Shown: piece by piece, positions 14,498-21,810 of the stretch
Numbering within the stretch: position 1 is the stretch's first letter
Layout: every line of letters starts with the position of its first letter
Assembly (NCBI GenBank): GCA_963815895.1
Contig: CAWFIP010000001.1
Span: 88,519-152,518, forward strand
Length of the DNA stretch: 64,000 nt
Direction of reading: 5' to 3'
Source: an uncultured Actinomycetes bacterium
GTDB taxonomy: Bacteria > Actinomycetota > Thermoleophilia > Gaiellales > Gaiellaceae
Notes under the pieces: generated by a model
What the model was told of the DNA's origin: nothing
Seen by the model: the letters and a program-made list of their open reading frames with translations, nothing else
The model's database searches: none
Translations under genes and position numbers: made by a program

Positions 14498-16711
14498 GTG
14501 AAGCACGGAGTCGGACTCTTGCTCGCACTCGGCATCGTGCTCGCGGTCGCGCCGGCGAGCACGGGAAGCACGCTCGCTACGGCGCCGCCGAGCCATGCGG
14601 CCGAGCCGGCACCGGTTGCTTCCCTCGAGCCTGCGAAGACGGAGGCGCTTTGGCGACGCCTCGTCGCAACGCGTGCACGCCGCACGCAGGCGCCCTCGGA
14701 TTGCCGGCCGCTGCGCGGCGTCTTCTATGCGGCAACCGACTACCTGCGCCTCGCGACGAAGCTCGCGGCCACCGCGTCTCCATGCGCCCAGTACTACGTG
14801 TCGGTCCCTCCGATCGTCGCGGACAAGACGAAGCCTCGCCCGAACGCCGCCGGCCGCATCCGCGCGCTCGGCCCGAACTTTCACGCGATGGCCGAGATCC
14901 ACTTCACGACGTGGTCGAGATGGGTTCAGAGCACCGGTTCGAGCTGGTACACGGCCGGCATCACGGCGCGTGAGCGCATGGCTGCCGCCGGCTACGACGT
15001 GGCCAAGGGCGACACCTGGGTGGTCAACGAGCTGAGCACCGCTGTCCGGCGCAACACCGGCAATGCGCGCGCGAACATCCGCGACCTCCTGCGCGGGCTG
15101 TACGAGGGCACCGGCGCACGCGTTCGGGGCGCCGTCTTCGTGGTCGGAGTCGGGCAGCGGACGAGCGACACGTCGCTGCTCCAGACGAACCTCCAGAACT
15201 GGTACTCGGACGCTGCTTTCTGGACGGACATGAGCGCGTACGTCAGCGACTGGGGCCAGGAGGTGTACGGCGACATTCGCAACCACGCCGTTCCCGGGGC
15301 GCCCGAGGCGACGCGTCGCGACTACGTGAACGACTACCTCCAGCATCCGCTGGTGCTCGCGGGCGTCGGCCCTGCGACGATCGAGACGGCCCGTTCGTAT
15401 CTGCAGGCGACCTACAGCCCGTTGGCGAATGCCGCCTGGGAGCGTGAGACGGGCTACGGGTGGACGATGGTGCAGGCCGAGCAGATGGGGGCATACGTCT
15501 CGTCCCAGGTTCACGCCTTGCGGTACTTCAGCGCGACGACCGCGCAGCCGCAAGACCACTGGGGCTTCGCCTGGGCGCCGAGGAACGCCGGAGGAGTTCC
15601 CGCCGGCGAGTTCGCTGCCAAGAGCGGCCTCGTGCTCGACCGCCTCGCCGCGGCGATCCGCGACTCGGCCGAGGTCACCGACCCGACGGATCCGGGAAGC
15701 GCGGCCTGCGGCCCACCGAGTCAGAGCCTCCAGTGCGCGTTCGACGTCGAGGGCGCGACCCTGAACGAGGCCTGGAAGTCGTTCCGCACCTGGACGCAGC
15801 CCGTTCTCGGGTTCGCGACCGCGCCGCAGACGATCACGGCGGGATCGGTGTCCGCGCCGATGAACCTCGCGCTCGTCACGAGCTCTGGGCTCGCCGTGAC
15901 CACGCCGACGGCCCTGTCCATCACTGTCAGCTCGAGCTCTTCGACGGGCACGTTCTCGACGAGCCCGACCGGTCCCTGGTCGCCGACGCTCGCACTCACG
16001 ATCGCAGCCGGAACCCGGACGACCGTCCCCTTCTACTACCTGGACACGAAGGCGGGAAGCCACACGCTGACGTCGGCCGCAGAGGGAGCTACGAACGGCA
16101 CTCAGATCCTGACAGTGCTCCCCGGGCCAATGGCAACGTTCGCCGTGGTGCCCGCGACCGCGGACGTTCCCGCTCGTGGCGTGCAGCGCGTCGCGTCCAC
16201 CGGCGCCGACTCGTACGGCAACGCGTTTCCCGTGGCCGCGAGCTGGTCGCTCGCGCCGACGCCCATCGGGACACTGTCGACCCCGTCCGGGAGTGAGACG
16301 ACGTTCATCGCCGGTCGCACGCTTGGGCCGGCCACGGTCACCGCGACCGCGTCGAACGTCGCGGAGTCGGTGTCCGCGACGGCCTCGCTGCGCGTGGTCC
16401 CCGCCCGGCTCCACATCGAGTCCATCACCTATCGGGCGCAGCGGAACGGCGTGCTCGTGAGCGTGTGGGCCCGGGACGCGGCGGGGAAGTCGATCTCCAA
16501 CGCGATCGTCCGCGGACTAGTCCGCTGGAACGGAGGCGTGTACGTCTCGACGCGTGCCGTGACCGGGCCAGCCGGCCGCACGACGTATCGAATCCCACGG
16601 CCGAAGCTCGGCGGCTGCCTGACGACGACGATCAGGCGCGCGACCGCGAAGGGATTCACCTGGGACGGCAAGACTCCGCGGAACCAGTTCTGCCTGCCCA
16701 AGCCGCGGTAG
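14498..16711 (+). CDS. Large secreted hypothetical protein (737 aa) with an Ig-like/Big-type beta-rich C-terminal region
   Basis: GGGAGGtcagtcGTG start. Signal peptide: MKHGVGLLLALGIVLAVAPASTGS. The C-terminal half is rich in T/S/A beta-strand repeats (ITAGSVSAPMNLALVTSSG, TLTSAAEGATNGTQILTVLPG, VTATASNVAESVSATASLRVVP). Confidence 0.7.
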   Translation: MKHGVGLLLALGIVLAVAPASTGSTLATAPPSHAAEPAPVASLEPAKTEALWRRLVATRARRTQAPSDCRPLRGVFYAATDYLRLATKLAATASPCAQYYVSVPPIVADKTKPRPNAAGRIRALGPNFHAMAEIHFTTWSRWVQSTGSSWYTAGITARERMAAAGYDVAKGDTWVVNELSTAVRRNTGNARANIRDLLRGLYEGTGARVRGAVFVVGVGQRTSDTSLLQTNLQNWYSDAAFWTDMSAYVSDWGQEVYGDIRNHAVPGAPEATRRDYVNDYLQHPLVLAGVGPATIETARSYLQATYSPLANAAWERETGYGWTMVQAEQMGAYVSSQVHALRYFSATTAQPQDHWGFAWAPRNAGGVPAGEFAAKSGLVLDRLAAAIRDSAEVTDPTDPGSAACGPPSQSLQCAFDVEGATLNEAWKSFRTWTQPVLGFATAPQTITAGSVSAPMNLALVTSSGLAVTTPTALSITVSSSSSTGTFSTSPTGPWSPTLALTIAAGTRTTVPFYYLDTKAGSHTLTSAAEGATNGTQILTVLPGPMATFAVVPATADVPARGVQRVASTGADSYGNAFPVAASWSLAPTPIGTLSTPSGSETTFIAGRTLGPATVTATASNVAESVSATASLRVVPARLHIESITYRAQRNGVLVSVWARDAAGKSISNAIVRGLVRWNGGVYVSTRAVTGPAGRTTYRIPRPKLGGCLTTTIRRATAKGFTWDGKTPRNQFCLPKPR

Positions 16712-16728
16712 CGCACCGACCCGCACTC

Positions 16729-16760
16729 GAGAAAGGGCCGCCTCCCGGTGGCCCTTTCTC
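16729..16760 (+). terminator. Intrinsic-terminator-like hairpin directly abutting box 4
   Basis: GAGAAAGGGCCGCC-tccc-GGTGGCCCTTTCTC: 14-bp stem with one G-U pair, 18 nt after the stop at 16711. Confidence 0.6.
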
Positions 16761-16761
16761 G

Positions 16762-16779
16762 TTGAGCGCTACTTGAGCG
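16762..16779 (+). promoter_or_regulatory. SARP-type operator box 4: TTGAGCGctacTTGAGCG
   Basis: Followed by 8 bp (cggccttc) and then GACCAT. SD AAGGAGG and ATG 16815 lie 36 nt downstream. Confidence 0.6.
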
Positions 16780-16814
16780 CGGCCTTCGACCATTGCGGCC
16801 AAGGAGGTGTTCAG

Positions 16815-17663
16815 ATGCACACACAACGAACGAAAAGGCTCGGCCTGGTCGCGGCGGCGCTCGCGGCCCTCGTGCTCGTCGGCGCCCCGGGCGCGCTCGC
16901 GGATCGCAGTTACTCCGATCCAGCAGGCGACTCCGGCTCGGCACCGGACATCACGAGCGTGGCCGTGTCGCACGACGATGTGACGGTGACGTTCACCGTC
17001 ACGACGAACCAGCCCGTGCTCTCACCAGACGCGACCTTCTGGGGGTACATCGATGCCGACTCGAACCCCGCGACAGGGTTCACGGCTCACGGCATCGGGG
17101 CGGAGCACTTCTTCCTCGCTGATGGCAACGGCGGACTGATGGCCCACGTCAACGGCAACATCCTCATGTTCGACTTCCAGTCGAGTCTCACGTCGAGCTA
17201 CGCGAACGGCGTGCTCACCGTTCGCATCGCGCGGAGCGAGCTCGGCTCGATGGAGAGGTTCGCGTTCGCCTTCGAGTCCGACTTGGACGACGCGAACGGC
17301 GACACCATCGCGTCGGACCTTGCTCCGGACGGGCCGCCTTTCTACGCCTACTCCTACGCGCCGCTCACGCTGGCCATCAGCACCCCCGCCGGCGCTCCCG
17401 CCAGGCCGGTGGCAGGCAAGGCCTTCGTGGTCAGCGCAGTCCTGACTCGGAGCGACGAGCAGGCGATCGCGTCCGGTCAGGTCACGTGCAAGGCAAAGGC
17501 CGGCAAGCAGTCGCTGCGCGCGACGGGAAGCCTCGCTGACAGCAGTGCACGGTGCTCGATGCGGATCCCGAAGGGCGCGAAGCGCAAGGTGCTTCGCGGC
17601 TCGATCACGGCGCAAGTCGACGAGGCGACGGTGACGAAGTCGTTCAAGTTCACTGTCCGCTGA
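16815..17663 (+). CDS. Secreted hypothetical protein (282 aa)
   Basis: AAGGAGGtgttcagATG. Signal peptide: MHTQRTKRLGLVAAALAALVLVGAPGALA. I recognise no family. Confidence 0.7.
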   Translation: MHTQRTKRLGLVAAALAALVLVGAPGALADRSYSDPAGDSGSAPDITSVAVSHDDVTVTFTVTTNQPVLSPDATFWGYIDADSNPATGFTAHGIGAEHFFLADGNGGLMAHVNGNILMFDFQSSLTSSYANGVLTVRIARSELGSMERFAFAFESDLDDANGDTIASDLAPDGPPFYAYSYAPLTLAISTPAGAPARPVAGKAFVVSAVLTRSDEQAIASGQVTCKAKAGKQSLRATGSLADSSARCSMRIPKGAKRKVLRGSITAQVDEATVTKSFKFTVR

Positions 17664-17683
17664 GCCAAAGCTGCCCCGTGCAG

Positions 17684-17713
17684 GAGAAAGGCCGCCTCGA
17701 GGCGGCCTTTCTC
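17684..17713 (+). terminator. Intrinsic-terminator-like hairpin directly abutting box 5
   Basis: GAGAAAGGCCGCC-tcga-GGCGGCCTTTCTC: perfect 13-bp stem. Its sequence closely resembles the hairpin at 16729..16760. Confidence 0.65.
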
Positions 17714-17731
17714 TTGAGCGGTTCTTGAAGA
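17714..17731 (+). promoter_or_regulatory. SARP-type operator box 5: TTGAGCGgttcTTGAAGA (second heptamer degenerate)
   Basis: Followed by 8 bp (cgtcgggc) and then GAGCCT. ATG 17796 is 65 nt downstream. Confidence 0.5.
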
Positions 17732-17795
17732 CGTCGGGCGAGCCTCCTTCAACACGGACGACGCGTCGCGATGGCGACGCAGGAAGGAAGGCTCC

Positions 17796-18260
17796 ATGAC
17801 CACCAAGCGATTCAAGCGGCCCAGCCCGGCACTGATCGTGGCGACGGTCGGGCTGTTCGTCGGCCTCGGCGGCACCGCCGGAGCGGTCGTGAACGCGGCC
17901 GTACCGCTCGCCAAGCGGGCCCTGACCGCGGACAACGCGAAGAAGCTCGGCGGCCAGACCTCGCAGCAGATCGCGCAGCAGGCTGCCCAGCTTCCCGGGC
18001 CTGCGAGCTCGGCTGCCGGCCTCGTGACGGTCAAGACCGGCACGTGGTCGCTCGCTCCCGACGGCTACGGCGACTTCACGGTCACATGTGACTCGCCCCA
18101 GAAGGCGGTTGGTGGGGGCTGGGACGACCCGCAGGGCTGGGCGGCCGCATGGGATGACCGGCCGACGGCGGACGGAAGCGGTTGGCGGATGTACCTCACC
18201 CTGTCGCAGAACGCACCCGGAACGCAGACCGGAGGGCTGTATGCCGTCTGCGTCAAGTAG
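17796..18260 (+). CDS. N-terminally membrane-anchored small protein (154 aa), paralog of 19435..19923
   Basis: GGAAGGAAGGctccATG. The sequence KRPSPALIVATVGLFVGLGGTAGAVVNAAVPLAKRALTADNAKKLGGQTSQQI closely matches the N-terminus of 19435..19923. Shared C-terminal landmarks: VTCDSxxKxxGGG and YAxCxK. Confidence 0.7.
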   Translation: MTTKRFKRPSPALIVATVGLFVGLGGTAGAVVNAAVPLAKRALTADNAKKLGGQTSQQIAQQAAQLPGPASSAAGLVTVKTGTWSLAPDGYGDFTVTCDSPQKAVGGGWDDPQGWAAAWDDRPTADGSGWRMYLTLSQNAPGTQTGGLYAVCVK

Positions 18261-18291
18261 GGATGGGCGGAGCCTCACTAGGAGACTCCGC

Positions 18292-19323
18292 ATGACGTTG
18301 CTCGCAGCGGTGCTCGTCGCGAGCGCCGCTGCGACTGGTGCTGCTGCTCCTCGGAGCCTCGACGACCGGGCTGCAAGCGTCGGGTACCTCCTGGCGCAGG
18401 ACGCCGGCGTCCGCCGCAGCACCCCAGTCCGCGCCACTGCGTGGCAGGGCGGTACGTTCACAACGACCACCGGCGAGAGCGTCCGCGTGTTCGTCAGCCC
18501 CTCTTACCCGGACGGCGCGGCGACCGGACAGCGGTGGGCGGAGTTCTTCTCCGCGATGCTGCACGGACCCGAGCTCACGACCGTCAGCGCCTATGTCGTG
18601 ACCCCGTCCGAGATGGCGGACATCTGCAGCGAGTACTCACTCGGCTGCTACGGGGGCAACACGCTGTACTTCATGAACGAGACGGTTCAGGGCGTGACGC
18701 CGGAAGAGGTCGCGCGGCACGAGTACGGCCATCACGTCGCCGCAAGCCGCGCGAACCCGCCGTGGCTCGCCGTTGACACGGGCCCGAAGAACTGGGCTTC
18801 CGTCATGAACGTCTGCCTTCGAGCGAGACAGGGAACGGCGTTCCCCGGCAACGAGGACCGGAACTACACACTCAACCCGGGCGAGGCGTTCGCGGAGACA
18901 TTCCGCGTCCTGAACGAGCTCCGAGCCGGAGCCACCAGCTTCTCGTGGCCGCTCGTCGACAGCTCGTTCTACCCGAATGACGCCGCCCTCAATGCGGCGG
19001 AAAGGGATGTCGCGACCCCCTGGACGGCGCCCGTGGCGCAACAGGTGCGCGCGCGCTTCACGGGCAAGCGGAAGAGCTGGAAGACGAAGGTCTCGACCCC
19101 GCTCGACGGCAACCTGACCGTGTCGCTCGCATTCGCACGGGGTGGGCTGCACGATCTCGAGGTCCTGAGCGCGGACGGGAAGACCGTTCTCTGGACTGGC
19201 CTTTGGGCGGGACGGGCGGAGAAGCGCGTGTCTACCACGGTGTGCGGCGAGCGCTCACTCGTGCTGCGAGTCACACGGCACGGCGTCGGTGGCCCGTTCA
19301 CCGTGCGGGTAACGCACGACTGA
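18292..19323 (+). CDS. Secreted protein with an HExxH zinc-metalloprotease-like motif (343 aa)
   Basis: AGGAGactccgcATG at 18292, 31 nt after the previous stop (operon). Signal-like N-terminus: MTLLAAVLVASAAATGAAA. Motif: EVARHEYGHHVAASR. The ORF-track N-extension (from 18088) overlaps the upstream gene and was rejected. Confidence 0.6.
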   Translation: MTLLAAVLVASAAATGAAAPRSLDDRAASVGYLLAQDAGVRRSTPVRATAWQGGTFTTTTGESVRVFVSPSYPDGAATGQRWAEFFSAMLHGPELTTVSAYVVTPSEMADICSEYSLGCYGGNTLYFMNETVQGVTPEEVARHEYGHHVAASRANPPWLAVDTGPKNWASVMNVCLRARQGTAFPGNEDRNYTLNPGEAFAETFRVLNELRAGATSFSWPLVDSSFYPNDAALNAAERDVATPWTAPVAQQVRARFTGKRKSWKTKVSTPLDGNLTVSLAFARGGLHDLEVLSADGKTVLWTGLWAGRAEKRVSTTVCGERSLVLRVTRHGVGGPFTVRVTHD

Positions 19324-19349
19324 TCTGTGCTGCCTCCTGCCCGCACTCA

Positions 19350-19367
19350 TTGAGCGTTTCTTGAGCA
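19350..19367 (+). promoter_or_regulatory. SARP-type operator box 6: TTGAGCGtttcTTGAGCA
   Basis: Followed by 8 bp (gcaacgcg) and then CAGCCT. GTG 19435 is 68 nt downstream. Confidence 0.55.
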
Positions 19368-19434
19368 GCAACGCGCAGCCTCCACGTGCCAAGGACGCGC
19401 CGGTCTTGCCTCCGGCGCACGAAAGGAGGCAGAA

Positions 19435-19923
19435 GTGCACGTATCACGGATCAAGCGACCGAGCGCTGCGTTCGTCGTCGCGATGATCGCACTCTTCGTC
19501 GCACTCGGGGGAACCGCGGGGGCCGTTGTCACGGCGGCAGTTCCGCTTGCGAAGAAGGCGCTCGTCGCCGAGAACGCGAAGAAGCTCGGTGGCCAGACGT
19601 CGGCGCAGATCGTTGCGTCGGCAGCCGCGAAGGGCACACAGGCTGCGCTGCAGCAGTCGCCCGCGGGCCCGCGGCCCGCGGCGAGCATCGCCGGCCTGGT
19701 GACCATCAAGACGCAGTCGGTGCAGATCGCGGCGGAAGGGGCCAACGGCACCGACGTAACCTGCGACTCAGGTAGCAAGGTGACCGGTGGAGGCCTCACC
19801 TCGGACGGAGCTGTCGTCCTCATCGACAGCTATCCGAAGAGCGACACCACATGGTCGGCCGGAGGTCTCAACCTCGGATCCAGCACGGCGAACGCAACGG
19901 TGTACGCCACCTGCGCGAAGTAG
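19435..19923 (+). CDS. N-terminally membrane-anchored small protein (162 aa), paralog of 17796..18260
   Basis: GAAAGGAGGcagaaGTG. Sequence: KRPSAAFVVAMIALFVALGGTAGAVVTAAVPLAKKALVAENAKKLGGQTSAQI ... VTCDSGSKVTGGG ... VYATCAK. Confidence 0.7.
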   Translation: MHVSRIKRPSAAFVVAMIALFVALGGTAGAVVTAAVPLAKKALVAENAKKLGGQTSAQIVASAAAKGTQAALQQSPAGPRPAASIAGLVTIKTQSVQIAAEGANGTDVTCDSGSKVTGGGLTSDGAVVLIDSYPKSDTTWSAGGLNLGSSTANATVYATCAK

Positions 19924-19933
19924 CCGATCACCC

Positions 19934-19960
19934 GCCGGCGCGGCCCCAGGTCGCGCCGGC
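19934..19960. terminator. Hairpin between convergent genes
   Basis: GCCGGCGCG-gccccaggt-CGCGCCGGC: 9-bp stem, followed by agcaTTTcTg. Confidence 0.45.
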
Positions 19961-19972
19961 AGCATTTCTGTC

Positions 19973-21190
19973 CTAGGTCGGAACGGGCTCGGGCGCCAGA
20001 TCGAACTCGCGGAAGCGGAGCGCGATCGCGGAGAACGACAGCGCGGCGAGCGTCATCCCGACGGCGACGAGCGCAAAGAGGGTCGCGACGCCCCACCGCT
20101 CGAGGACCTGACCCGCAACGAGGAAGCCGAGCGGAGCAGCGAGGGTGTTGATCGCGATCACGGCGGTCATCACCTTCGCGCGCAGTGCATCAGGGGTCCG
20201 TGCGGTGAGAACCGCGAAGAACGGCCCGTTGATGAGCGGGGTGAAGAACATCGCGACGAAAAGCGCGAGGCCGACCAACGGCCAGGGAGGCATGAACGGA
20301 AGCACCCAGATCGGCACGACGAAGGCGAGGATCGCAAGCCCGGCGAGACGCAGCGGCGCCACCTTCCGGACAGCCATCACCGCGACGATGCTTCCCACCA
20401 CAGCTCCCGCCCCGAGCGCCGCATAGAACAGACCGGCGATGCGCGAGCTTCCGTCGAACTCCGCGTACGCGTATACCGGGAGGCCCGCGGACATACCCGA
20501 CGCGAGGAAGCCGAACGCGACGACGATCACGGCGATCGGGGCGAGGAGGCTGTCTCGGAGGAGAAAGCGGACGCCGTCGAGCACGCCGCCCGGCAGCGCT
20601 CCGGCGATGCGCTCGCGGCGAGGGACGAAGACGGCGACCAGGACGAACGCGACGAGGTACGACGCAGCGTCCACGTACAGGACATTTGGGGCGCCGATGA
20701 GCGGGATGAGGAGGCCGGCGAGCGCAGGCCCGATGAGCGCTGCGAAGGCGGTGCCCCCCTCGATGGCGCTGTTCGCCTGCGACATCCGGCGCTCGTCCTC
20801 ACCGACGAGCTCGGGCAGGATGACCCGCTGCGACGCGAAGTAGGGCGGCATGAAGCAGCCGAGCAGCGCGACCAGGCCGAGGAGGAGCGGGAAGCTCAAT
20901 AGGTCTGCCGCGTGGAGGATCGGGATCGACGCGAGAATCGGTGCACGTGCGAAGTCGGCGAGCAGCATCGTGTTCCGTGCGCCGAGCCGCTGAACGAGCA
21001 TTCCGCTGGGGATGCCGAGGATCGCCATCGGAGCGAGCTCGGCCGCGAGGACGAGCGTCATCTTCCCCGGTGACCCGGTCGTGACGAGCACGAACCACGG
21101 GAGCGCGAGGTAGGTCATCCTCGTGCCGAGAACCGAGACGATCTCCGCGCTGATGAGCGCGCTGACCGCGGTCTTCTTCACGTGGCTCAC
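19973..21190 (-). CDS. MFS transporter
   Basis: About 12 hydrophobic segments, e.g. MTYLALPWFVLVTTGSPGKMTLVLAAELAPMAILGIPSGMLVQRLG. Start taken at GTG 21190 (alternative GTG 21181). Divergent from a TetR gene. Confidence 0.8.
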   Translation of the reverse strand: MSHVKKTAVSALISAEIVSVLGTRMTYLALPWFVLVTTGSPGKMTLVLAAELAPMAILGIPSGMLVQRLGARNTMLLADFARAPILASIPILHAADLLSFPLLLGLVALLGCFMPPYFASQRVILPELVGEDERRMSQANSAIEGGTAFAALIGPALAGLLIPLIGAPNVLYVDAASYLVAFVLVAVFVPRRERIAGALPGGVLDGVRFLLRDSLLAPIAVIVVAFGFLASGMSAGLPVYAYAEFDGSSRIAGLFYAALGAGAVVGSIVAVMAVRKVAPLRLAGLAILAFVVPIWVLPFMPPWPLVGLALFVAMFFTPLINGPFFAVLTARTPDALRAKVMTAVIAINTLAAPLGFLVAGQVLERWGVATLFALVAVGMTLAALSFSAIALRFREFDLAPEPVPT

Positions 21191-21202
21191 GCGTGAGAAT
21201 AT

Positions 21203-21221
21203 AAAACGTCCGTACGGTTTT
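21203..21221. promoter_or_regulatory. Candidate TetR operator: AAAAC-N9-GTTTT inverted repeat with a central CCGTACGG palindrome
   Basis: AAAACgtCCGTACGGTTTT lies in the locally AT-rich 50-bp divergent MFS/TetR intergenic region (gagaatataaaacg...). Confidence 0.35.
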
Positions 21222-21240
21222 GTAAAGTGTGACCTAGCCG

Positions 21241-21810
21241 ATGCCCAAGATCTCCGAGGAACGCAAAGCCGAGCGCCGACAGCAGATCCTCGGCGCCGCA
21301 CGCCGCTGCTTCGCCGAGCACGGCTACGAGGGTGCCACGGTCGCGCGCCTCGAGGAGGCGAGCGGCCTCTCGCGCGGCGCGATCTTCAACTACTTCCCCT
21401 CCAAGGAGGAGCTCTTCGTCGAGCTGGCGGTCGAGGACTCGCGGCGCATCTCCGACCTCTGGGTCAACCAGGGGCTCTCCGCGGTCGTCGGCGAGGTGCT
21501 GGAGCTCGATCCTGCGTGGCTCGGCGTCTACCTCGAGCTCGTGCGGCGGGTGCGCACCGATGCGGAGTTCCGCCGGCGCATCGACCAGCGCCAGGAGGAG
21601 GTCGTCCCCGTCAACCGTGCCCGGATCGAGGAGGCGCAGCGAACGGGCGAGTTCCGGGACGACATCGAGGCTCGGGACATCGGGAGGTTCGTGAACCTCG
21701 TCCTGAACGGGCTCGCGCTCGGGCGCGCCAGCGGCGACGAGATGCCTCCCGCCGAGCCTCGTGCTCGCCTGCTCGACGACGCCGTCGGCGGCGACGGTCG
21801 GCCCGGCTAG
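21241..21810 (+). CDS. TetR/AcrR family transcriptional regulator
   Basis: N-terminal HTH: RRQQILGAARRCFAEHGYEGATVARLEEASGLSRGAIFNYFPSKEELF. Confidence 0.9.
   Translation: MPKISEERKAERRQQILGAARRCFAEHGYEGATVARLEEASGLSRGAIFNYFPSKEELFVELAVEDSRRISDLWVNQGLSAVVGEVLELDPAWLGVYLELVRRVRTDAEFRRRIDQRQEEVVPVNRARIEEAQRTGEFRDDIEARDIGRFVNLVLNGLALGRASGDEMPPAEPRARLLDDAVGGDGRPG

Noticed and set aside
14492-16414. 640-aa minus-strand ORF antisense to the 737-aa secreted protein. Similar long ORFs occur at 5705..6946(-), 24680..28525(-, upstream part), 38718..40985(-), 53741..55729(-) and 60402..63242(+).
   Set aside because: All are Arg/Gly/Ala/Pro-rich, lack motifs, and overlap genes with clear family signatures. 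They are expected stop-codon-poor frames in ~70% GC DNA.
17771-18091. ORFs 17771..18091 and 19386..19775 (plus strand), overlapping the two anchored-protein genes out of frame
   Set aside because: They are Arg/Gly-rich with no SD. The overlapping frames have strong SDs, TM anchors and mutual paralogy.
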